A stretch of DNA of 64,000 nt from Acidobacteriota bacterium (GTDB lineage Bacteria; Acidobacteriota; UBA6911; JACQSX01): contig DASXQR010000003.1 in NCBI GenBank assembly GCA_036507075.1, positions 32,001-96,000 of the forward strand, written 5' to 3'. Below are positions 9,522 to 20,618 of the stretch, piece after piece. The stretch's first letter is position 1. Each line of letters starts with the position of its first letter. Below the pieces are notes generated by a model, which saw only the letters and a list, made by a program, of their open reading frames with translations, did not search any database and had not been told where the DNA came from. Position numbers and translations under genes: made by a program.

Positions 9522-10114
9522 ATCACGATCAGACTTTCCGGGTGATTCTTATTGTTGGCTCTCTGATTCTCCTTCCAATCGCTCTTTACCACCGTCTTAA
9601 GTCGCAGGCGACAGGTGAGAAGCTCGATCGGCGCCAGGAGGGGCTTTTCATCTTGTTTACGCTGCGGCCTGTCGGCATCGCCTGTATGCTGGGACTTGTC
9701 ACCTACATGGTAAACCCGTCATGGATGGCCTGGTCGTCAGTGCCATTGCCGGATTCTTTTCGGTGGATTGGCGTCGCTGTCGCCGCAGTAGCCGGCGCGC
9801 TGTTGATCTGGACCCTCCACAGCCTGGGAAAGAATCTAACGGATACAGTTGTCACCAGGCGAGAGCACACTCTGGTGACGATTGGCCCCTATCGCTGGAT
9901 CCGCCACCCATTCTACGATTCTGTGGCTCTGTGCATCTTCGCCAACTCTCTGATTGCAGCCAACTGGTTTCTCTTCTTGACCGGCGGCTTGGCGCTTGTT
10001 TTGATCGTCGTTCGAACACGGAAGGAAGAAGAGAAACTCCTGGCTCGCTTTGGCGATGCCTATCGAGCGTACATGCAGCGGACCGGGCGCTTCTTGCCTA
10101 GAATCAGGGCGTGA
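9518..10114 (+). CDS. Isoprenylcysteine carboxyl methyltransferase / PEMT family membrane protein
   Basis: HTLVTIGPYRWIRHPFY, EEEKLLARFGDAYRAYMQRTGRFLP; several TM helices. Confidence 0.9.
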   Translation: MNHDQTFRVILIVGSLILLPIALYHRLKSQATGEKLDRRQEGLFILFTLRPVGIACMLGLVTYMVNPSWMAWSSVPLPDSFRWIGVAVAAVAGALLIWTLHSLGKNLTDTVVTRREHTLVTIGPYRWIRHPFYDSVALCIFANSLIAANWFLFLTGGLALVLIVVRTRKEEEKLLARFGDAYRAYMQRTGRFLPRIRA

Positions 10115-10140
10115 TGTGGCGCAGCTTGCCGGCGCTGACT

Positions 10141-10171
10141 TGGTTTGTGTTCTTTGTGCCTTTGTGGTGGA
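10141..10171. repeat. Solo right arm of the 9-mer palindrome family
   Basis: TTTGTGTTCTTTGTGCCTTTGTGGTGG resembles arms at 11228-11253, 20491-20522 and 31866-31891. Confidence 0.6.
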
Positions 10172-10279
10172 TTGAAATACCTTCCGCAGATTAGGGGCAA
10201 AAAATAGCCGGCGTGGTTTAGAATTGGTCACCTTATCAACGTGTCCATCATTAGCCCGATTTGTATAAGGAGTTTCCTT

Positions 10280-11116
10280 ATGATTTCCAGACGCTCATTC
10301 ATCTCCAGTGTGGCCATGGCCTCGGCGCTGGCGCCAGTCATGGCGAAGCGCAAGTCGATACCGGTAGGCCTCGAGCTTTACTCGGTACGAAACGAACTCG
10401 CAAAAGATCTGATGGGCACAGTGCGTGCCGTTGCCAAAATAGGCTACGGAAACGTGGAGTTTTACGCCCCTTACTTCTCATGGACGCCGGACTACGCGAA
10501 GGAGGTTCGCAAGCTTCTCGATGATCTCGGCATCACCTGCCTGTCCACGCACAACGGCGCGAATTCTTTTGCGCCCGAAAATCTCGATAAGGCGATCGAG
10601 TTGAATTCGATTCTGGGCTGCAAGTACGTTGTTATGGCAAGCGCCGGGCGTGTGGAGGGCCTGGACGGCTGGAAAGAAGTTGCGGAGAAGCTCAATCGAG
10701 GCGCCGAAAAGATGAAGGCCGCGCAACTGGGCGCAGGTTATCACAACCACCAGGTCGAGTTCAGACCGATCGACGGCACGCGGCCGATGGAAGTGATCGC
10801 AAAAAACACCGACAAAGGCGTAATGCTGCAGCTCGATGTCGGCACCTGTATCGAAGCCGGTTCTGATCCGGTAGCTTGGATTCGACAAAACCCGGGCCGA
10901 ATCAAGTCCATGCACTGCAAGGACTGGTCACCCGATCCTGCCAAGGGATACAAGGTCTTGTTCGGCGAAGGTGCGGCGAAGTGGAAGGACATCTTCGCTG
11001 CCGCGGAGAAGACCGGAGGCATCGAGTACTACCTGATCGAGCAGGAGGGGAGCGTCTATCCTGCTCTCGAAACGGTGGAGCGCTGCCTGGCCAACTTTCG
11101 GAAAATACATAAGTGA
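10280..11116 (+). CDS. Sugar phosphate isomerase/epimerase (xylose-isomerase-like TIM barrel) with Tat signal
   Basis: SRRSFI Tat motif, GLELYSVR, GYHNH, QLDVG, HCKD, IEQE. Confidence 0.88.
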   Translation: MISRRSFISSVAMASALAPVMAKRKSIPVGLELYSVRNELAKDLMGTVRAVAKIGYGNVEFYAPYFSWTPDYAKEVRKLLDDLGITCLSTHNGANSFAPENLDKAIELNSILGCKYVVMASAGRVEGLDGWKEVAEKLNRGAEKMKAAQLGAGYHNHQVEFRPIDGTRPMEVIAKNTDKGVMLQLDVGTCIEAGSDPVAWIRQNPGRIKSMHCKDWSPDPAKGYKVLFGEGAAKWKDIFAAAEKTGGIEYYLIEQEGSVYPALETVERCLANFRKIHK

Positions 11117-11122
11117 TGGAAA

Positions 11123-11253
11123 TTGTCCATGGTCCGTGGTCTGTTGTCAGTGGTCCGTTGTCAGTTGTCCATGGTTAGGCTGATATTTCAGCGGAGACCA
11201 CAAGGACACAAAGAACACGAAGAAGCTTTGTGTCCTTTGTGTCTTTGTGGTGG
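11123..11253. repeat. Heptamer array (TTGTCAG/TGGTCCG) followed by a 9-mer palindrome (CCACAAGGACACAAAG..CTTTGTGTCTTTGTGG)
   Basis: Read directly between convergent genes. Confidence 0.75.
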
Positions 11254-11261
11254 ATTCACCC

Positions 11262-12470
11262 TTATGCGGGCTGCAGTTCCACCTTCTTGCCCGCAATCGA
11301 AAGATTTTCCTTCACGAAGTTCTCATCCCAGAGGTTGGAGATAACGGCGGAGATGTTCGGGTTCTGCAACGCCCACAGGTAGGCCTTCACTGGTGGTTTC
11401 CATTCGCCCGGGACGATGCGGTTGACTTTCTGCACTCGCCAATCCGGAACCGGCTGCAGCGGTTTGTGGTGCGTGGCCACGGCGTGCGCCACTTTCATGG
11501 CGATCACGCCGATATTCTTTGCGGCGGCCTGACGGATGGCATCTTCCAGGTAACCGCCGTTGATCACGTTGTACGCCATCATCACAACATCATAGTGGCC
11601 CGCTTCGGTTGCCGCTCTCAAAATGCCGGCCGGATCGTTGTGCGACGTCACGCCCAGGAACCTCACCTTGCCCTGCTTTTTCAAATCCAGGAAAGTTTCC
11701 ACTATTTCGGGGCACTGCAGATCCTCCGGCGTGTCGGCTCCATGCGGACACATGAGAATGTCAAAGTGGTCGGTCCCTACGCGCTTAAGACTTTCTTCCA
11801 CTGATTCGATGATCGACTGGCGAAAGCTCGGACTTGCTTCAACCTTGTGGCGGTATTCCGGCATCATGGCGACTCGCAGGTAAGCCAGATCGAAAGCCCT
11901 CTGCTGGCCAGGATAGTAAGTGAGGAAGTAACCGGGTTTTTCCACTCCGCGTTGATCGCGCAGCTCCCGGGCGCGCTTCAGAATTGCTTCCTGCCTGGAG
12001 GCTGGCAGCTCGTCGAAGATCTGTTTGTATAGCCGCCTGCGCAGGCCGTTAAAGCTGCTGACCTTGGTCGTCAGGAAGACCTTCTGGCGCTTCGCCGACG
12101 AACCGGCGAGCAGTTTGCCGTAGGCGCGCTCGGTGTCGCCCCGGTTATAGGCGGGCGCCATATCGAGGTAATTCAAACCCATGTCGAGTGCCTGCTCGAG
12201 ATGCGTGTAGTTGTCGAGCGTAATGGGATCGCCACCGCTGATGACCTCCGAAATCATCATTCCGGTGCGTCCCAGCCGGCGGTAAGCCATGCTTGACTGC
12301 CTGTTGCGCCATTCCAGATCGGCACTGACAGCTCCTCTGGCTGCTTCGGCCGCACCAAGTCCGGCGAACGTGCTCGCTCCGCTCAAGAAGACAACACTTG
12401 CACCGGCTCGCACGAAGTCTCGCCGGTTCATCATTGTTCTTTCACGCGACAGAGATTGATCTGAAGGCAT
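11262..12470 (-). CDS. Aldo/keto reductase family protein with Tat signal
   Basis: NRRDFV, YRRLGRTGMMIS, GLNYLDMAPAY, SLKRVGTDHFD, GKVRFLGVTSH; AAGGAGG RBS. Confidence 0.88.
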   Translation of the reverse strand: MPSDQSLSRERTMMNRRDFVRAGASVVFLSGASTFAGLGAAEAARGAVSADLEWRNRQSSMAYRRLGRTGMMISEVISGGDPITLDNYTHLEQALDMGLNYLDMAPAYNRGDTERAYGKLLAGSSAKRQKVFLTTKVSSFNGLRRRLYKQIFDELPASRQEAILKRARELRDQRGVEKPGYFLTYYPGQQRAFDLAYLRVAMMPEYRHKVEASPSFRQSIIESVEESLKRVGTDHFDILMCPHGADTPEDLQCPEIVETFLDLKKQGKVRFLGVTSHNDPAGILRAATEAGHYDVVMMAYNVINGGYLEDAIRQAAAKNIGVIAMKVAHAVATHHKPLQPVPDWRVQKVNRIVPGEWKPPVKAYLWALQNPNISAVISNLWDENFVKENLSIAGKKVELQPA

Positions 12471-12556
12471 AGCATCCTCCTTTGCGGAGCTGTTACTTTA
12501 TCACCGCCTGCCGTCATTGACGATTGTTTACGTTTCCCAAACGGAATGCGCCCACC

Positions 12557-12708
12557 GAGCCGCGACGCGTGAGCGAGCGGCACTCCATATGATCACTTCG
12601 GTGACGCCAGGTTCACACTTCTGCAGCGGCCTCAATGGGTGCTGAAACGTAAGAGGGGCTGATCTGACTTGTCAGTCTGGAGTGCCGCTCGCTTACACTT
12701 CGCGGCTC
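12557..12708. repeat. REPIN-like inverted pair (GAGCCGCGACGCGTGAGCGAGCGGCACTCCA / TGGAGTGCCGCTCGCTTACACTTCGCGGCTC)
   Basis: About 31-bp imperfect inverted arms around a ~90-bp spacer. Confidence 0.7.
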
Positions 12709-12733
12709 CATTGTTGGTGCACAGTTGCAAACA

Positions 12734-12824
12734 GCGGATTGCGGAATGCGGAATGCGGAATATAGTCAAACTTAATTCTTCAAAGCAAACCAGATTGGCT
12801 CACTATTCCGCATTCCGCATTCGA
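12734..12824. repeat. Inverted GCGGAAT heptamer element
   Basis: (GCGGAAT)n-spacer-(ATTCCGC)n. Confidence 0.85.
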
Positions 12825-12872
12825 GTCGGGAGTCGCGGACCATTAACTCTCTGTGCGACAATGGTGCGGCGC

Positions 12873-14099
12873 ATGAGATTCGAGCTTTTTGTCGCGCTTC
12901 GCTATCTGAAGGCAAAGCGCAAACAGGCGGTCATCTCCGTGATTACGGCGATCTCGGTCCTTGGAGTCGCTGCCGGAGTAATGGCACTGGTCATCGCGCT
13001 CGCGTTGAACACCGGCTTTCAGGTGGAATTGCAAGCGAAAATTCTGGGCGCCACTTCTCATATCACGGTGCTGCAAAGCGACGGCCGCCCGCTTAAAGAG
13101 TTCAGAGCTGTCGTCGAGAAAATAAGGAACATCAGCGGAGTTCAGGCGATCACGCCCACTATTTACGGGCAAGTGTTCTTTGTGGGAGGCCTTCAAAACC
13201 AGGGGGTACAGCTCAAAGGGATTGATCTCGGAAACGCCCAGGTGCCTGAAATTCTAAAAACCGTCGTGAGCGGGAATTTGAGCGCGCTTTCTTCCGATTC
13301 AGCCGTGCCGGGCATCATTATCGGCAGAGAACTTGCGCGCAAGACCGGAACGGGACTGAATTCCGTGGTGCGCGCGATTTCCTCTGAAGGCGAGCTCTCA
13401 CCGGTGGGGAAGTTGCCGCGCAGCCAGACCTTCAAAGTGGTAGCGGTGTTCGAGTCTGGCTTATGGGACTTTGATGCCAACTGGGTGTTCGTCACTCTGG
13501 ACTCGGCACGGCGGCTGTTCCATCTTTCCCCCGAACAGGTCACGGCGCTCGAAGTCAACCTGCGCGATATTTATCAGGCTGGCCAGGCAGGGCGCGCCGT
13601 GGAAGAGAAACTGGGAGAAGGTTACCAGGCACTTACATGGATTGAATTGAATCGCCCTCTCTTTTCCGCCCTCCGCCTGGAGAAGCTTGCCATGTTTATC
13701 GCCATCGGTCTGATCGTGCTGGTGGCTTCGTTAAACGTTGTTACCACGCTGACGATGATGGTGATCGAAAAGCAGAAGGACATCGCCATCCTTTCCGCGA
13801 TGGGCAGCGACAGCAGAATCATCATGTGGATCTTCATGCTGCAGGGAATCATTATCGGAATCATTGGAACCGTCATCGGCATGGGGGTGGGGGTGACGGC
13901 GAGCTGGTGGCTGAATCGATATAAGGTCATCCATCTGCAGCCGGACGTTTACTCGATTCCATTCGTTCCGTTTCACACGCGCTGGGAAGATGTACTGGCG
14001 ATCGCAATGGTGGCCATGTTAATCACTTTTCTGGCAACCCTGCATCCGGCCAGAGCCGCCTCGCGCCTCGATCCGGTAGAGGCGCTGCGCTACGAATAA
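12873..14099 (+). CDS. lolC: Lipoprotein-releasing ABC transporter permease LolC/E
   Basis: MRFELFVALRYLKAKRKQ.., ISVLGVAAGVMAL, EKQKDIAILSAMG, LDPVEALRYE. Confidence 0.92.
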   Translation: MRFELFVALRYLKAKRKQAVISVITAISVLGVAAGVMALVIALALNTGFQVELQAKILGATSHITVLQSDGRPLKEFRAVVEKIRNISGVQAITPTIYGQVFFVGGLQNQGVQLKGIDLGNAQVPEILKTVVSGNLSALSSDSAVPGIIIGRELARKTGTGLNSVVRAISSEGELSPVGKLPRSQTFKVVAVFESGLWDFDANWVFVTLDSARRLFHLSPEQVTALEVNLRDIYQAGQAGRAVEEKLGEGYQALTWIELNRPLFSALRLEKLAMFIAIGLIVLVASLNVVTTLTMMVIEKQKDIAILSAMGSDSRIIMWIFMLQGIIIGIIGTVIGMGVGVTASWWLNRYKVIHLQPDVYSIPFVPFHTRWEDVLAIAMVAMLITFLATLHPARAASRLDPVEALRYE

Positions 14100-14100
14100 A

Positions 14101-14350
14101 GGTTCCGGGTTTGCGGGTTGACGGGTTTAAGGTTGGCGAGTTGGAGAAAGGTTGCGAGTTTGCGGGTTGGAAAAAGGTTGCGAGTTTGCGGGTTAACGGG
14201 TTTCGAGTTGGCTGATTCAAAAATTGAAGATTCAAAATTAATAACGCCGAAATCTCGCAACCCGTAACCCGCAAACCCGTAAACCCGCAACCCGTAACCG
14301 AAAACTCGTAACCCGAAACCCGAAAACCCGAAAACTCGAAAACTCGTAAC
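14101..14350. repeat. Inverted heptamer/octamer array (GCGGGTT/GCGAGTT..AACCCGT/AACTCGA) between lolC and lolD
   Basis: Tandem units on both sides of an AT-rich spacer. Confidence 0.85.
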
Positions 14351-14360
14351 TTGGCTGCCG

Positions 14361-15035
14361 ATGCCGTTTCTGAAAGTTCGGAACCTGAATAAGAGCTACC
14401 CTTCCGGACGCACACAGCTGCATGTGTTGCGCGACCTGTCGCTGGACGTGGAAAAGGGGGATTTGATCGCCGTTTTAGGGGCATCCGGCTCGGGCAAGAG
14501 CACTCTGCTGCATATGATCGGTGGAATGGAATGTCCCGATTCCGGCTCCATTCAATATGGTGATCTGGAACTGGTCTCACTCGCTCGAGAAGAGCTTGCC
14601 CGCTTTCGAAATTCCAGAGTTGGATTCATTTTTCAATTTCACCACCTGCTGCCTGAATTCAGCGCGCTTGAGAATGTGATGTTTCCGTTGTTGATTGGCA
14701 GGCAACCGGCGGCGCGCTGCCGTTCACTGGCGATGGAGCTGCTCGCCGCGGTGGGATTGTCAGAACGGCAGAGTCACAAACCGGGAGAATTGTCGGGTGG
14801 AGAACAGCAGCGGGTGGCCATCGCTCGGGCGCTGGTGGGGAGTCCCGATATCGTGCTGGCGGATGAGCCGACCGGCAACCTGGATGCGCACACGGCCGAG
14901 TCGGTGCACCTGTTGCTGCAGCAACTCCATCAGCAAAGGCAGTTCACCGCCATCGTGGTGACCCATAATCCGGCCCTGGCTGAGATCTGCCGGGCGAGGA
15001 AATACATGCGAGACGGGCAACTTGTTGATCCCTAG
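14361..15035 (+). CDS. lolD: Lipoprotein-releasing ABC transporter ATP-binding protein
   Basis: [52 protein letters not shown]. Confidence 0.93.
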   Translation: MPFLKVRNLNKSYPSGRTQLHVLRDLSLDVEKGDLIAVLGASGSGKSTLLHMIGGMECPDSGSIQYGDLELVSLAREELARFRNSRVGFIFQFHHLLPEFSALENVMFPLLIGRQPAARCRSLAMELLAAVGLSERQSHKPGELSGGEQQRVAIARALVGSPDIVLADEPTGNLDAHTAESVHLLLQQLHQQRQFTAIVVTHNPALAEICRARKYMRDGQLVDP

Positions 15036-15142
15036 GGCATCTTAATGCGTACGGACTCGAACGGAGATGAAAATAGTTTTCTAAGTTCGCTGAAACCAAG
15101 CGTTAAATTGAATTTAAGGGTCATTTCTGGTACAAAAGGACC

Positions 15143-17590
15143 ATGTTTGAGAAATACACGGAGAAGGCGCGGCGCGTGATCTTTTTTGCGCGCTATGAGG
15201 CCAGCCAGTTCGGAAGCCGTTACATTGAAACCGAACATATTCTGCTGGGTCTGATCCGTGAGGACAAGGCGCTCACCAGCCGATTTTTCCCGCGAGCTGA
15301 GTCCACCATCGAAACCATCCGAAAAGAGATTGAGGGACGCACCGTCATACACGACAAGGTCTCTACCTCCGTAGAGCTGCCTTTGAGTGATGAGTCAAAA
15401 CGCGTTCTCCAGTACGCCAACGAGGAATCAGAACGGCTCCTCTGCAACTACATCGGGACCGAGCACATTCTCCTGGGGCTTCTGAGAGAAGAAAAATCAG
15501 TGGCTGCGGAAATCCTCCATGAAAAAGGCTTGCGCCTGGCCAAGGTACGTGAGGAAATCGCCGGCGCTACCACCGAGAAACAAAGCAATCCGAAGAGCAA
15601 GGACAGTCTCATCCTGGCCGAGTTCAGCCGGGATCTGACCGATGCGGCCTCCAACCGGACGCTGGACCCGCTGGTGGGACGCGAGCGAGAAATTGAAAGA
15701 GTGATCCAGATCCTGTGCCGAAGAACCAAGAACAATCCCGTCCTGATCGGGGAACCAGGGGTGGGTAAGACAGCCATTGTTGAAGGTCTGGCTCAGAAGA
15801 TCGTGCAGGGCGAAGTTCCCAGCATGCTGCTGGACAAGCGGATCCTGGCGCTGGACATTTCCCTGATCGTCGCAGGAACGAAATATCGCGGGCAGTTTGA
15901 AGAGCGTCTCAAGGCGATCATGAAGGAATTGCTGGAGAATCCGAACTTCATCATCTTTATAGATGAGCTGCACACGCTGGTGGGAGCAGGTTCCGCCGAA
16001 GGCTCTCTTGACGCCGCCAACATCCTGAAACCGGCCCTGTCGCGCGGGGAATTGCAGTGCGTCGGGGCCACCACTCCTTATGAATACCGCCGCTCCATTG
16101 AAAAGGATCGCTCTCTGGAACGCCGCTTCCAGGCAGTGAAAGTCAATCCACCGACCGAAGCGGAGACTATCGAAATCATCCGGGGCATCAGGGATCGGTA
16201 CGAATCGTTTCACCAGGTTTCCTACATCGAGGACGCGATTACTTCGTCGGTGCTGCAGTCGAATCGCTATATTCCGGACCGTTTTCTGCCCGACAAGGCC
16301 ATCGACGTGCTTGACGAGGCAGGAGCAAGGGTCAAGCTTCGCAGCACGGCCGTCCCCGACGAAGTGATCAATCTGCAGAAGAAAATCAAAGTCATCATGG
16401 GGCGGATTGAAACCGCCATTTCGCTGAAGGAATTCGAGAAAGCTGCCAAGTACAAGGACGAAGAACTTCTGGAGCGCGAAAACCTGCAGATCATCAAGGA
16501 GCGCTGGAAACTGCGCAACAAGCTTCCCATCCAGGTAACGCGCGATGATATCGATGACGTGATCTCGCGATGGACCGGCATCCCCGTCAACTCTTTGAAG
16601 GAAGAAGAATCGCAGAAGCTGCTCCGCATGGAAGACGAGCTGCACAGGCGCATCGTGAGCCAGAAAAAAGCGATTTCCGCGCTGGCCCGGGCCATCCGTC
16701 GCAGCCGCGCCGGCATGAAGAATCCCAACCGCCCGGTCGGGTCGTTCCTGTTTCTGGGACCGACGGGCGTGGGAAAGACAGAAGTGGCCAAGGGCTTGAC
16801 GGAATTTCTCTTTGGAAGCGAGAAGGCCCTGGTGCGCTTCGACATGTCCGAGTATATGGAGAAGCACTCGGTCTCAAAACTGATCGGATCTCCTCCCGGC
16901 TATGTCGGTCATGAAGAAGGCGGGCAACTGACCGAAAGGATCAAGCGCAATCCCTATTCGGTTCTGCTGTTGGACGAAATCGAAAAGGCGCACGCCGACA
17001 TCTTCAATATCCTGTTGCAGGTGTTCGAAGACGGCCAGCTTACCGATTCGCACGGAAATCAGATCGATTTCAAGAATACTATCATCATAATGACGTCAAA
17101 CATCGGAGCCCGTTACCTGTCGCAAAAAGGCGCTCTGGGATTCCAGGCTTCCGTCGATAAGAGCCAGCAGAAAGTTCACGATCTGGTGCTCAATGAAGTA
17201 AAGCATCTGTTTAATCCGGAATTCCTCAACCGTCTGGACGAAATCATCATTTTTGACTCCCTCACCGACGAGGATCTGCGCCAGATTGTCGATCTGCTTA
17301 TGATGCAGGTGAACAAGAACCTGGAGCAGAAGAACATTCGCATCCGGCTCGAGTCGGATGTGGCGGAATGGATCATTTCGCAGACCTGCAAGGATCGATC
17401 TTATGGCGCCCGGCCGCTTCGCCGCGCCATCCAGAAATACATCGAAGACCCCGTATCCGAGCTGCTGATTCAGGGTAAGTTGAACCGCGACCGCACCATA
17501 TCCATCTATATGAGGGATGGGCAATTGTTCTATCGTCCCACAGACGCCGAAGCAGACCAGGGGATGCAACTGCAGGTCAGCGTCTTCTGA
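15143..17590 (+). CDS. clpC: ATP-dependent Clp protease ATP-binding subunit ClpC
   Basis: Double Clp-N repeats, [20 protein letters not shown] coiled coil, LGF ClpP-binding loop. Confidence 0.93.
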   Translation: MFEKYTEKARRVIFFARYEASQFGSRYIETEHILLGLIREDKALTSRFFPRAESTIETIRKEIEGRTVIHDKVSTSVELPLSDESKRVLQYANEESERLLCNYIGTEHILLGLLREEKSVAAEILHEKGLRLAKVREEIAGATTEKQSNPKSKDSLILAEFSRDLTDAASNRTLDPLVGREREIERVIQILCRRTKNNPVLIGEPGVGKTAIVEGLAQKIVQGEVPSMLLDKRILALDISLIVAGTKYRGQFEERLKAIMKELLENPNFIIFIDELHTLVGAGSAEGSLDAANILKPALSRGELQCVGATTPYEYRRSIEKDRSLERRFQAVKVNPPTEAETIEIIRGIRDRYESFHQVSYIEDAITSSVLQSNRYIPDRFLPDKAIDVLDEAGARVKLRSTAVPDEVINLQKKIKVIMGRIETAISLKEFEKAAKYKDEELLERENLQIIKERWKLRNKLPIQVTRDDIDDVISRWTGIPVNSLKEEESQKLLRMEDELHRRIVSQKKAISALARAIRRSRAGMKNPNRPVGSFLFLGPTGVGKTEVAKGLTEFLFGSEKALVRFDMSEYMEKHSVSKLIGSPPGYVGHEEGGQLTERIKRNPYSVLLLDEIEKAHADIFNILLQVFEDGQLTDSHGNQIDFKNTIIIMTSNIGARYLSQKGALGFQASVDKSQQKVHDLVLNEVKHLFNPEFLNRLDEIIIFDSLTDEDLRQIVDLLMMQVNKNLEQKNIRIRLESDVAEWIISQTCKDRSYGARPLRRAIQKYIEDPVSELLIQGKLNRDRTISIYMRDGQLFYRPTDAEADQGMQLQVSVF

Positions 17591-17725
17591 CATTGCGCGT
17601 TTGCGCGGACATTCTCCCCGATCACTTATTTCCTAACTGGTTCTCACAGGTACGCCGGAGCGCATCGAGACGTCTTGGGAACGTTTGCGAAGAATCGCCG
17701 TTTTTGTATAAGGCGGAAATGGCTG

Positions 17726-17734
17726 TGTTATAAT
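17726..17734 (+). promoter_or_regulatory. Extended -10 promoter upstream of bamA
   Basis: TG-T-TATAAT consensus match in the clpC-bamA gap. Confidence 0.45.
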
Positions 17735-17850
17735 CATCGCTTTTTTGGATTGCCGTCTTTATAACATTGATACTGCTGCAATTAGCGGAAACCGGGGAAC
17801 AACAAACAGCGCCTTGATCCGGCGCGTATCTCTGGCGACTCGGAGACTTG

Positions 17851-20481
17851 ATGCATTTTCTCAGTAAAGTCGTGGCAAACCATTCCGGGTTTGGCCGCAA
17901 CCGCGTAGTGACCAGAACATCGATCTTTATCCTTTTTCTTCTGATCGGATCTTCACTGTCAGCGGCGCAACAGGTCCGGGTTATTGAAGATGTGCGGTTG
18001 GTCGGGAATCGCCGCATCCCTGAAGATACCATTCGGTTTTACATCCAGAGCAAAAAAGGCGATCAGTACAGCGAAGATCGCATCAAGCTGGATTTCCGCA
18101 GTCTTTGGAATACCGGCTTTTTCAGGGACGTTCAGGTCATCGAGGAGGAGGGAAAGGCCGGCCCGATCATTATCTTCAGGGTGGTTGAACGGCCGCTGGT
18201 GCGGGTCATTAAATACGAAGGGTTCAAGTCTTTTAAGGAATCCGACATCCTGGAGGAATTCAAAAAGCGACGCGTCGGTTTGTCGGTCGATTCCGCTTTT
18301 GACGAAGCGAAGCTTCCCGCGGCAAGACGAGCCATAGAAGAACTATTAAAGCAGAATGGCAAGCCCCTGGGCAACGTTACCTATCAGGTCGAAGATCTAT
18401 CGCAGACCTCGATGAAGATCACCTTCAATATTGAAGAAGGTCCCAAGGTGCGCATTGGCGACATTTCTTTCGAAGGAAACAGCGTTTTTACCGATGACAA
18501 GCTGCGTGACGCGCTCAAGCTCACCAAAGAGCGAAGTTTGATGCCGATCTTCAAAGGAACCGACAAGTATCATGAAGAAAAGCTGGAGTACGACGCCAAT
18601 GTAAACATGCTCGACTTGTACCGCGAAAAAGGCTACGTCAACGCCCGTATTGGCAAGCCGACCGTGGAGATCAAGGAAGGGCCGCGGGGCGTCACCCCCA
18701 TGTTCCGCAAGACCAGGCAGCAGTTCTATATCCGCATCCCCATTCAGGAAGGCGAGCAGTACAAATTCTCCAGTTTTGATATCAAGGGCGTGCAGCAGTT
18801 TCGCAAGGAAGACATCGTCAGGTTTTTTGGCTTCAAGCCGGGAGACCTGGTCAACATAAAGCACTGGCGCAAGCAGGAAGAAGAATTGAAGAAACTTTAT
18901 GAGGCGCGCGGATTTCTCGATATGGAATCCGTGCCCGAATTTGACCCCGACCCGGTCAAGAAGACCGTAACGCTCAACATCACCATCAATGAAGGCCGCG
19001 CGTACGTTGTCAACCGCATCGATTTTTTGGGGAACACCAAGACCAAAGACAAGGTGCTGCGGCGTGAAATGTTTCTGGAGGAGCAGCAGGTTTTTAACGG
19101 GAAGCTGCTGGAGTTGAGCGTGGTGCGCCTCAACCAGCTCGGGTTTTTCCAGAAGATTGAAGAAAAGGACTATGAGGTCAAGAAGGATCCTGCCGCCGGC
19201 GAAGTGGATCTGACCGTGAAAGTGAAAGAACAAAGCCAGCAGTCCATCGGCGTAACCGGCGGCGTGAGCGGGATCTCGGGAAGCTTTATCGGAATCAACT
19301 ACAGCACCAATAATTTCCGGGGCCTGGGTCAGCGCATCGACGTGGAAATTCTGACCGGCACGCGCACCACCAATTACACCTTTGCGTTCACCGAGCCTTA
19401 CTTTCGTGACACCAAGCTGAGTCTCGGCCTCACTCTCTTTGACACACGACTGCGCTATGACACATTCAGCACGTTTCTTACCTTCAATCCGAACGACAAT
19501 ATTTCGCTCTTCACGCGCAAGAGCGCAGGTGTGACTGTCAACGGGAGCTATCCGGTAGGGAACTTCACCCGCCTGGGGCTTGGCTATTCGATTCAGAATA
19601 TTTCCATCAGCGATATCAACGCGAATTTCAGCAACTTCGCATTGAACCAGTTCATATTTTTTGCGCCCGGCGGCGAGCGCGAGCGCGCGCTTTCAGGGAT
19701 TATTCGCAGTGAGGTGACGCCGACTTACATCCTGAATACCAAGAATGCGTATTTTAACGCCACCAGCGGCACTTCGCTTACCGTTTCAGTTCCGGTCGCG
19801 GGCGGACCGCTGGGCGGAGACTTTGATATTTTGCGACCCAGCCTCGAGTACCAGAAGTTCTGGTGCGTGAGAAACTGCGGACCCGGCGGGCGACGTCACG
19901 TGTTTGCTTTTCGCGGGCTGGGTGAAATGGTGATGCCGTACTCGTCCACGCCGGCAGTGCCGTTCTTTGAGCGGCTTTATTCGGGCGGTGAAAACCTGTT
20001 GCGCGGTTTCGACATTCGCTCGGTGACTCCGTTTGCGATCTCGTCAACACCCAGGGTCGATCCCAACGGATTCCCGGTGATCGATCCGAACACCGGATTG
20101 CCCCAGATCGACATCTCGCCTACGTTTATCGGAGGTGATACTTTGATAAACTTAACGGGCGAGTACCGTATTCCGGTCGTGGGCCCGCTCAACGTGGCGC
20201 TGTTCGCCGATGTGGGTACCAGCACTATCTTTCTGAAGAGCAAGCTGGGCTTGTTCGGCAAGGGAACAAAGATAAACCTGCTCAGTCAGACCAATAACGT
20301 GATCCGTGCGTCGACCGGCGCAGAAATTCAGTTTTTGCTGCCTGTGATTAATGCCCCGTTTCGCCTGATCTTTGCGTACAACCCTCTGATCATGAACACC
20401 ACGGCCATCATTAGCGGTCAGTTGATCCCATTTCGGGAACAAAGGAGAGGCATTAAATTTACCATCGGCCAGACGTTCTAG
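17851..20481 (+). CDS. bamA: Outer membrane protein assembly factor BamA (exact start uncertain)
   Basis: POTRA repeats (GNRRI, GNTKTKDKVLRRE), LRGF lid motif, C-terminal KFTIGQTF. Confidence 0.95.
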   Translation: MHFLSKVVANHSGFGRNRVVTRTSIFILFLLIGSSLSAAQQVRVIEDVRLVGNRRIPEDTIRFYIQSKKGDQYSEDRIKLDFRSLWNTGFFRDVQVIEEEGKAGPIIIFRVVERPLVRVIKYEGFKSFKESDILEEFKKRRVGLSVDSAFDEAKLPAARRAIEELLKQNGKPLGNVTYQVEDLSQTSMKITFNIEEGPKVRIGDISFEGNSVFTDDKLRDALKLTKERSLMPIFKGTDKYHEEKLEYDANVNMLDLYREKGYVNARIGKPTVEIKEGPRGVTPMFRKTRQQFYIRIPIQEGEQYKFSSFDIKGVQQFRKEDIVRFFGFKPGDLVNIKHWRKQEEELKKLYEARGFLDMESVPEFDPDPVKKTVTLNITINEGRAYVVNRIDFLGNTKTKDKVLRREMFLEEQQVFNGKLLELSVVRLNQLGFFQKIEEKDYEVKKDPAAGEVDLTVKVKEQSQQSIGVTGGVSGISGSFIGINYSTNNFRGLGQRIDVEILTGTRTTNYTFAFTEPYFRDTKLSLGLTLFDTRLRYDTFSTFLTFNPNDNISLFTRKSAGVTVNGSYPVGNFTRLGLGYSIQNISISDINANFSNFALNQFIFFAPGGERERALSGIIRSEVTPTYILNTKNAYFNATSGTSLTVSVPVAGGPLGGDFDILRPSLEYQKFWCVRNCGPGGRRHVFAFRGLGEMVMPYSSTPAVPFFERLYSGGENLLRGFDIRSVTPFAISSTPRVDPNGFPVIDPNTGLPQIDISPTFIGGDTLINLTGEYRIPVVGPLNVALFADVGTSTIFLKSKLGLFGKGTKINLLSQTNNVIRASTGAEIQFLLPVINAPFRLIFAYNPLIMNTTAIISGQLIPFREQRRGIKFTIGQTF

Positions 20482-20490
20482 CACCCAATT

Positions 20491-20522
20491 GTTTTGTGTC
20501 CTTTGTGTCTTTGTGGTGAAAA
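20491..20522. repeat. Solo 9-mer right arm
   Basis: TTGTGTCCTTTGTGTCTTTGTGGTGAA. Confidence 0.6.
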
Positions 20523-20618
20523 AACTCTTATCAGGGCCGTTGGAACAGAAACGTTTTCTTTGCCGTATAAGAATTCTGGGTCTAAAATACAAGGTTTCGT
20601 AAAGGAGATTCAAGTTAC

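Noticed and set aside
12669..12872. N-terminal extensions in the ORF track for lolC (also nusB from 141, tetR from 37061, NMT1-like from 51049, TPR from 54609)
   Set aside because: The extensions run through repeats or the upstream gene; conserved sequence begins at downstream ATGs.
15497..16867. Long antisense ORFs (also 6368-7399, 24459-25712, 29796-30926, 51871-52992)
   Set aside because: Shadows of well-supported genes on the opposite strand in GC-rich DNA.
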